From positions 1 through 64,000 of the forward strand of contig JAHQWJ010000141.1 in the NCBI GenBank assembly GCA_029856125.1: a stretch of DNA of 64,000 bases, written 5' to 3'. The stretch is from Promethearchaeia archaeon (GTDB taxonomy: Archaea > Asgardarchaeota > Lokiarchaeia > Sigyniarchaeales > SOKP01). Below the pieces are notes generated by a model that did not search any database, had not been told where the DNA came from, and saw nothing but the letters and a program-made list of their open reading frames with translations. How positions within the stretch are numbered: position 1 is the stretch's first letter; each line of letters begins with the position of its first letter. Below, piece by piece: positions 57,998 through 64,000 of the stretch. The position numbers and the translations under genes are program-made.

Positions 57998-59815
57998 ATG
58001 TATTCAGAGCTTTCTGACGATGATAAGGAAATGTATCTTGATGTTTTGCGTGAAGCACCAATCTTACCTTTTTCCAATTTTGTGAGTAGGGGGGATATAC
58101 CAGATAAAATCGATATTTCACGCCCAAGAAGCTATATTGATAGAGAAGTTTATATGTTGGTCCGTCAAACTCATAAAGATCGATCATCTCGATTAATTCC
58201 CATTTTAGGGTCCGCTGGAACTGGAAAAACTCATGCTTATCATTCATTTAAAGATAAAGAGCGAGAAAATAGAAAAAAATTAGAACTCAGTACAGAAGCA
58301 GAAGATATGGAAGTATCTCAACTTGAACCTGCTGATTGGACTATTATCTACGTTCCCAGCCCACCTGCTTCTATTAGAGTTTTGTTACACGTCTATACAT
58401 GCATTATCGAAGATGTAGGGCCAGAAATCCTTGATATAGTCTCAGAAAAATTAGTAAGAGAAAAATGGGGAGGAAAAAAAAGCGGTCTATTTCAAAAACC
58501 TAAGATAGAAGAAGTTATTCAAAAGGGTATTAGAGAATTCCCAGGCGTTTTCGCAGATTGCGTGAAAGCGTTAGTTACTTATCAGTTAGATAAAAACAAG
58601 AAAGCGTTAGCAGAAAGATGGTTGCTTGGAGAAGATTTAGATCCAGAAGAACTAAGCGAACTTGGGATAAATTCTGTTGTTGAAGAGGACGATGTCTGCC
58701 TTGCTATGATTAAAATAATTACTGAAAATTTAGATAGAGTCCTAATCCTGTATTTTGACGAACTGGAATCCCCGTATCGTATGCACGGAGAGGCTGCTGA
58801 AAGAAAATTCCTTGAAATACTTAAAAGGTTATATAACGAAGTTAAAGGATTAGTTATCATAACAGCTGTCTTAAAAGAAATTTGGCCGAGAATATTAGAA
58901 ATCGCAGACGCTCCTTTACGATCTCGAATGGAACCGGAACAAGAATTGAAGCCATTCAGTTTAAACGACTTGAAAATCTTTTTTAGTAAGTCTATGGAAG
59001 CTTTTTGGGAAGATAATAATTTAAATCCTCCATTATACCCATTATTTCCGTTAAACGAAAAATTAATCGAGATGATTTATGAAAAAACTCAAGGAAATCC
59101 AAGGAACTCTATAAAACTTTGTAGACGGTTTATTGATAAAGTTGTTACGGAGGAAATGAGCGTAGAAGAGTTGTTAGAAGCAGGTGCGGATATTGTAGCA
59201 ACTGCTAAACCACAAACGGGAGAAGCTGAAGAAGAAATCATAGACTTTTCAAAGCCAAGAGAAGTTATAAAGAAAACTATAGAAGAAATTTTAGCAGAAG
59301 AAGAATACATAATAGATGTAAACCCTTCATCGGTTGCTGGAGCGTCCCTAAAGAGTATCATAAAAGTTGGGGAATCAAAAGAGAAGAAATTCAAAACCCA
59401 AATGGAGTATAAATTTATGATTGGAAAACGGAGTCAAACTTTAGCCGCTTCAATCGAATTTGAGAAGAAGAAATGGGGGATGGAGATTCCTTCTATAAAA
59501 ACATTCGATAGAAGTGCTGGTGTCGCTGGTTATTATGCTGCGAAAAGATTGAAGGACGCTATTGACGAAAAAGCTATAGATTCTGCAATTTTAATAGTTC
59601 CTGTTGGGAGTAGCGGTGCTAAATTTGAGTCGATTCTACAGAACAATTCTAACATTCACAAAGTGGAGTTGACGAATGAAACTGGTGAATCTCTTATTGC
59701 TAATGCGTTGACTTATCCATCCAAAGAGGGTTGGGAGATAGCTAGAATTATTTTTACAGATATTGGTGAATATATTCCACCTGAGCCCGAAGAACCATTA
59801 GAGGAAACCGAATAA
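57998..59815 (+). CDS. AAA+ P-loop ATPase (BrxD/DUF2791-like) with C-terminal alpha/beta domain
   Basis: GSAGTGKT, WLLGE, LYFDELE, LRSR, GNPR. Confidence 0.75.
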   Translation: MYSELSDDDKEMYLDVLREAPILPFSNFVSRGDIPDKIDISRPRSYIDREVYMLVRQTHKDRSSRLIPILGSAGTGKTHAYHSFKDKERENRKKLELSTEAEDMEVSQLEPADWTIIYVPSPPASIRVLLHVYTCIIEDVGPEILDIVSEKLVREKWGGKKSGLFQKPKIEEVIQKGIREFPGVFADCVKALVTYQLDKNKKALAERWLLGEDLDPEELSELGINSVVEEDDVCLAMIKIITENLDRVLILYFDELESPYRMHGEAAERKFLEILKRLYNEVKGLVIITAVLKEIWPRILEIADAPLRSRMEPEQELKPFSLNDLKIFFSKSMEAFWEDNNLNPPLYPLFPLNEKLIEMIYEKTQGNPRNSIKLCRRFIDKVVTEEMSVEELLEAGADIVATAKPQTGEAEEEIIDFSKPREVIKKTIEEILAEEEYIIDVNPSSVAGASLKSIIKVGESKEKKFKTQMEYKFMIGKRSQTLAASIEFEKKKWGMEIPSIKTFDRSAGVAGYYAAKRLKDAIDEKAIDSAILIVPVGSSGAKFESILQNNSNIHKVELTNETGESLIANALTYPSKEGWEIARIIFTDIGEYIPPEPEEPLEETE

Positions 59816-59854
59816 CCAATAATTTGATGAACATCAAATTAATTAGAAAATTTT

Positions 59855-60787
59855 TTATAAATTAGCTAATTTCTCGCTTATTTTTGTATCTAAGCTAAAC
59901 AACTCTTTTGCTAATTCATCTGCTCTTTTAAAGTGGTTTAATAGTTGAGTTAGTTTGGATGTTAATTCATGCTGCTCAAAAGAATTAGATATATTTATTA
60001 CCGATTCTATTGGTCTAATTATCTCATGATACAAATGAAGTTTGTTGTTTTTTAACTCTTCAGTAGTTGACTCCACACTTTTCATTAACGATTCACGCTC
60101 TTTAACTAATTCCGGAAGTTTTCCGACCTGTTCGGCTTTATTTGTTAAAAACGAGACGATGTCGCTTTCTTGGATAATATCTGCTAACTCTGCCGCTTTA
60201 AGAAAGTTCTTTTTAGCTCTCTTGTAGAACTTGTTTTTTAGAAACTGCTCAGCCAGTTTAAGTTCTTCAGATAGTTTTTCTGGGATTTCTTCCCCTAAAT
60301 TAATCAATTCTCTAGCCTCTTGTAAATTTCCATCATCTAGCATTTTTTTTGTCTTATTGTTGATTGTTTCTTTGATCAAAGTAGGCTCTTTTAATTTTTC
60401 CATTAAAGTAAAGATGGAGTCAAATTCTTTTCGTAAAATTGATTCAAGCTTTACTGTATCCTTTGAAAAACCTTTAACAACCTTTTCGGCAATATTTTCT
60501 AGTATACTCTTGGACGAAACTAAATCCTCATCTTGCTTAAGCACGAAACCTAAGAACAGGTTATCTCTTTCTAAGGAAGAAGCGTTAATTTTCCACGAGT
60601 AATACCTTATATCTTCTTTCCAATAAATCGTATTTGAAAACTCTTTTTGAATGTGTTTTTCTTCAAATTCCTTTAAAGTATCATTAGAGACTTTATTTTC
60701 TTGATCAAGATAATATTCTGCTAGTACATTTGGTCCAAACGATTCGTCAATCTCGTAAAGATATATTCCAACTGGCATAATACTCAT
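59855..60787 (-). CDS. Protein with N-terminal longin/uDENN-like domain and helical C-terminus
   Basis: GIYLYEIDESFGPNVLAEY (beta-D-xxx-GP-beta), LFLGFVL then helices. Confidence 0.6.
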   Translation of the reverse strand: MSIMPVGIYLYEIDESFGPNVLAEYYLDQENKVSNDTLKEFEEKHIQKEFSNTIYWKEDIRYYSWKINASSLERDNLFLGFVLKQDEDLVSSKSILENIAEKVVKGFSKDTVKLESILRKEFDSIFTLMEKLKEPTLIKETINNKTKKMLDDGNLQEARELINLGEEIPEKLSEELKLAEQFLKNKFYKRAKKNFLKAAELADIIQESDIVSFLTNKAEQVGKLPELVKERESLMKSVESTTEELKNNKLHLYHEIIRPIESVINISNSFEQHELTSKLTQLLNHFKRADELAKELFSLDTKISEKLANL

Positions 60788-60924
60788 TCTTTGAAATTGT
60801 TTATAGAATAAAATTATTATTAATTACTAGGTAATAAGTTTTTAATTTTATATTTTTATTTGATCCAACTAATTCATGTATTATTGAAGAAGTGTTATTA
60901 GATAATAGAAAAGAAGTGTGAAAA

Positions 60925-61827
60925 ATGGAAATTGTGGATACTTATTGTGAAGCTTTTGAAGGATTAGTAGTTCAATTAATGGTCACTGCTCAAGACGCAG
61001 AATTTTTAAATAGAGCCACAAACGCATTTACTGCGCTTCCCTCAACAGTTTTTGGAGATGCTGAGGGAGGTATTGTTCGTTGGCTTTCTGAAAAAGAAAC
61101 TATCGACGGAAGGTTGGGAGCAATCGTTCAATTATGGGTAACTGGAACCGGTAAGAAGGCTACTGCTAAGTTTTACGAACAACTCGGCCGTAGAATGAGA
61201 CAGGGTATTCTTGTTGTTCCAACAACTGCAGTTTTTGATTATTATCCACGAACAACTGAGTTTAAATTTAATATGATGAATAATGTAGGTCATTGTGGGG
61301 ACGGATACGAATGGATCGTTGAAAAACTTAATCGAAAACTAATTAACATCCCAATTATGATGGGATACGATTTTTTAATTGAAGAAGACATCTCTTACGC
61401 TAAAGGCGTTATGGGAGGGAATTTATGGTTGTTTTGCAACTCTGTTGAATCAGGGATTAAGGTTGGAAGGGAGGGTGTTAAAATACTGGCTGAACTCGAT
61501 GATGTGTGTACTACTTTTGATGTATGTTCTGCAGGTTCAAAACCGGTTCCCCCTGATGCTAAATATCCTGAAATAGGTCCGTCAACGAACCACCCATTTT
61601 GTCCTACACTTATAGGTAAGGTATCTCCAAACGAATTCGAGGTTCCAGAAGGAGTAAACTCGATACCTGAACTTGTATTTAACGGCCTTCAACTTAATGA
61701 TGTAAAATTAGCAATGCGAAAAACTATAGAAGGTATTTCTGATATGGATGGATTGCTTAAGATTTCCGCAGGGAATTATGGGGGTAAGTTAGGAAAGTTT
61801 AAGATATATTTACGAGAGTTAGGATAA
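60925..61827 (+). CDS. ftr: Formylmethanofuran:tetrahydromethanopterin formyltransferase
   Basis: IVDTYCEAF, AEGG, TIDGR, Q.ILVVPT, GDG, IPIM, GVMGGN, AGSK, STNHPFCP, ISAGNYGGKLG. Confidence 0.93.
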   Translation: MEIVDTYCEAFEGLVVQLMVTAQDAEFLNRATNAFTALPSTVFGDAEGGIVRWLSEKETIDGRLGAIVQLWVTGTGKKATAKFYEQLGRRMRQGILVVPTTAVFDYYPRTTEFKFNMMNNVGHCGDGYEWIVEKLNRKLINIPIMMGYDFLIEEDISYAKGVMGGNLWLFCNSVESGIKVGREGVKILAELDDVCTTFDVCSAGSKPVPPDAKYPEIGPSTNHPFCPTLIGKVSPNEFEVPEGVNSIPELVFNGLQLNDVKLAMRKTIEGISDMDGLLKISAGNYGGKLGKFKIYLRELG

Positions 61828-61851
61828 AAAAAGGACTTTTTTAATAAATTA

Positions 61852-62529
61852 TCATTTATAATTGAGAGTTTTGTCTTTTACCGGTAATATCATTTGTCCA
61901 TTTTTCAGTTGAGAAAATTTCGGATATTTTTCATCAAAAATAATTTCAATCTCCTTAAGAGGTAAATCCGCATGAACTCCACGATCTTTGACATATTCTC
62001 CGAATTTATTACCTTCTTCATCAAAAGCAGGAAATGTAGCATCATTTTCGCCGTCAAATTCGACCATTGGAGTAAAACCTCCTTTTAAGGCAGTTTTTGG
62101 GTCAAACGAGGGTGTTAATTTTACCCATTTATTATTAAGGTAAAGTTCGCTATAGCCATGATAATGCATGACATTTGTTTCCATAAAATCTATTATTTTT
62201 TGAGATATTTTATGATTTATCAGATCTACTAAGTGAATCCTGGCAGGAATTCCAATAGCTCGTGCAAAGGAAGATAATAGAACGGATTTCGAGACACAAA
62301 AACCATTTTTCCGTCTTAGAGTCACGCTGGCTTTAAAATTAGCTTTAGCAGAAGGAATATAAGTGTGCATATTGTATTTAATTTTATCCCTTACCCAGTA
62401 AAAGAGCGCTTTGGCTTTATCACTTTCTGTTTCTAAGCCTGCGGTAATCTCAAAGGCTTTAACACGAACAAACTTCTTATTAAAATCGAAAAATTCCGTA
62501 GGTTGTAGATAAATATCAATATTCCCCAT
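61852..62529 (-). CDS. Transglutaminase-like protein
   Basis: YLQPT..FD, WVRD.IKY, GFCVSK, GIPAR, HGY.E. Confidence 0.88.
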   Translation of the reverse strand: MGNIDIYLQPTEFFDFNKKFVRVKAFEITAGLETESDKAKALFYWVRDKIKYNMHTYIPSAKANFKASVTLRRKNGFCVSKSVLLSSFARAIGIPARIHLVDLINHKISQKIIDFMETNVMHYHGYSELYLNNKWVKLTPSFDPKTALKGGFTPMVEFDGENDATFPAFDEEGNKFGEYVKDRGVHADLPLKEIEIIFDEKYPKFSQLKNGQMILPVKDKTLNYK

Positions 62530-62643
62530 GATTATGAAAAATTTTAGTTATTTTTGAACATTACCTTTCCTTCCAATTTTTCATTGAAATGATTACTTTT
62601 CCAGATCAATTGCAAAGGAAATTCATGTGTTCAAGTTTCACTT

Positions 62644-63111
62644 CTATTGCAGGTTCTGCTTTAGGTTCTGAGCAAACTCTTCCGCACGTTTGAGGTCTTC
62701 AGCATTCGGCCTACCCTTATTCATTCCCCCAAAATATTTCATGAAACTATTGGTGTTAAAACCTTTACAACTAAATTCATCAACGATCATGTAACCTTTC
62801 GATAGCAGTTTTTCCCTAAGCAACGAGTGATCCTTGGCGACTTTGGCTTTTCCTTGCATGGCACTTGTTGAAAAAATGAATGCTTTCTTGTTGGTGATTT
62901 GTGGTAGTGTATCGGCAAAGTCAAGCAGAAGTTTATGGTGTTTTTCACCATATATCCCTGAACCAAAGCCAATTAGATTATACTCTTGAAGTTCTCCAGG
63001 GTTTATTTGCTCTGGCGTTTTTATTTGGGCATCCAGAACTTTTGCGAAGACCTTAGCGATTTTCTCAGTATTTTTATGATGGTATGAAAACAAAACCAAT
63101 AGAGATTTCAT
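62644..63111 (-). CDS. Flavodoxin family protein
   Basis: SYHHKNTEKIA, IGFGSGIY, FSTS, GRPN.EDL. Confidence 0.9.
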   Translation of the reverse strand: MKSLLVLFSYHHKNTEKIAKVFAKVLDAQIKTPEQINPGELQEYNLIGFGSGIYGEKHHKLLLDFADTLPQITNKKAFIFSTSAMQGKAKVAKDHSLLREKLLSKGYMIVDEFSCKGFNTNSFMKYFGGMNKGRPNAEDLKRAEEFAQNLKQNLQ

Positions 63112-63283
63112 TATTAACGAAATATTCTCTTATATTTAAGATTATCAGACCGAAGTTTTGATTGCTTTGAATAACTAATTTATTTCAATGGAATTTTCAT
63201 TGATGTCAGAATCTGGAAATACATTTACATTCTTTTTCAATGAAGTGAATACATATATCCTAATACAACGCAGATACTAACGG

Positions 63284-63889
63284 CTAATCCGTATGGGTAC
63301 CAAAAGCAAAGAAGTTACGGGGAAATTCGTCGGGAAACTCAAACTTTTTGTCGACGAGTAGTACGATTTCTTTACCCAGTTTAAAAGCAGCGTTCATCCC
63401 CTTTTCAAGCTTCCTAGCATCCCCTTTCCCTGTTGCATACGCCGCAACGAAATTGGCTGGGAGCATCCTTTTCAGAGTGATAAAGAAATAAAAATCCTTG
63501 AGAGCATCAATGAGACCTATACTGCCTGCCACAACGATTACACCACCTACCTTGTTTGCCAAGCTCTTGCCCGGTTGGTTCAATGCAAAAGTCCGATCCA
63601 TAATGGCCTTAGCTTGCGCTGTCATGCCGTAAAAATGTATGGGGGAACCAAAGACAACGCCATCTGCTGCTATTAATTTTTCGTAAAGCGGTTGCATGTC
63701 GTCTTGGATATGACACACTCCCTTTGAAAAACAAGAATAACAGCCATCACATCCTCTAATATCCTTGCCCGACACACTGAAGAGCTCTATATCAGCGCCA
63801 TGTTCTGCTGCACCCCGGAGCATCTCTTCCAATAGGATTACCGTATTTCCCTTTTTCCGCGGACTACATGAGACACCTAATATTTTCAT
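63284..63889 (-). CDS. Iron-sulfur flavoprotein / NADPH-dependent FMN reductase
   Basis: SPRKKGNT, CDGCYSC...C...DDM, GSPIHF, K..MDR. Confidence 0.9.
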   Translation of the reverse strand: MKILGVSCSPRKKGNTVILLEEMLRGAAEHGADIELFSVSGKDIRGCDGCYSCFSKGVCHIQDDMQPLYEKLIAADGVVFGSPIHFYGMTAQAKAIMDRTFALNQPGKSLANKVGGVIVVAGSIGLIDALKDFYFFITLKRMLPANFVAAYATGKGDARKLEKGMNAAFKLGKEIVLLVDKKFEFPDEFPRNFFAFGTHTD

Positions 63890-63921
63890 TTTGATCTATC
63901 TCCTTTTTGCATCAGTCGAAG

Positions 63922-63999
63922 TTATATTTTTTTCGCAATTAAATCAATTATATCTATTACAGTAATTTTTTCTTGAACATCTGTTTCCATTTCTTTGTA
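63922..63999 (-). CDS. C-terminal end of a gene entering from beyond the window (possibly CCG-domain Fe-S protein)
   Basis: ...YKEMETDVQEKITVIDIIDLIAKKI*. Confidence 0.4.
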   Translation of the reverse strand, partial: YKEMETDVQEKITVIDIIDLIAKKI

Positions 64000-64000
64000 T

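Noticed and set aside
57998-59815. BREX defence system
   Set aside because: No pglX, pglZ or brxC in the neighbourhood.
3056-63965. The many 60-190 aa ORFs overlapping longer genes (e.g. 26943..27506, 60231..60602)
   Set aside because: Antisense or alternate-frame shadows without motifs.

Overview
AT-rich archaeal DNA, most consistent with Asgard archaea (Lokiarchaeia). Support: TBP, Ftr, tungsten AOR, SIR2-TPR and longin-like proteins, and a eukaryote-type SECIS. The left 43 kb is mostly metabolic. It holds a selenoprotein operon hdrA-mvhD with five in-frame UGA codons that the ORF track splits or misses, and an AUGA/GA SECIS that overlaps the mvhD stop codon. It also holds a four-subunit 2-oxoacid:ferredoxin oxidoreductase followed by an FrhB-PyrK fusion, and a tandem pair of ABC ATPase plus permease-CPBP protease fusions. 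42.9-57.3 kb is a plastic region with three highlights. (1) A tandem [double-HNH endonuclease gene + tRNA] arrangement: the intact unit ends in a tRNA-His(GUG) with three BHB introns (22/23, 32/33, 45/46), while an older unit survives as a 119-bp HNH 3' remnant plus a tRNA 5' half carrying a different intron (15/16). This suggests a tRNA-homing cassette that swaps intron alleles, and it is the best candidate for an undescribed system. (2) A SIR2-TPR protein whose C-terminal domain is repeated as a stand-alone downstream gene. (3) A ~5.6 kb GH130/GT4 island inserted in hsp20 with 3'-end replacement. No CRISPR array, rRNA, integrase or transposase was recognised. All family calls come from manual motif recognition, not database searches.
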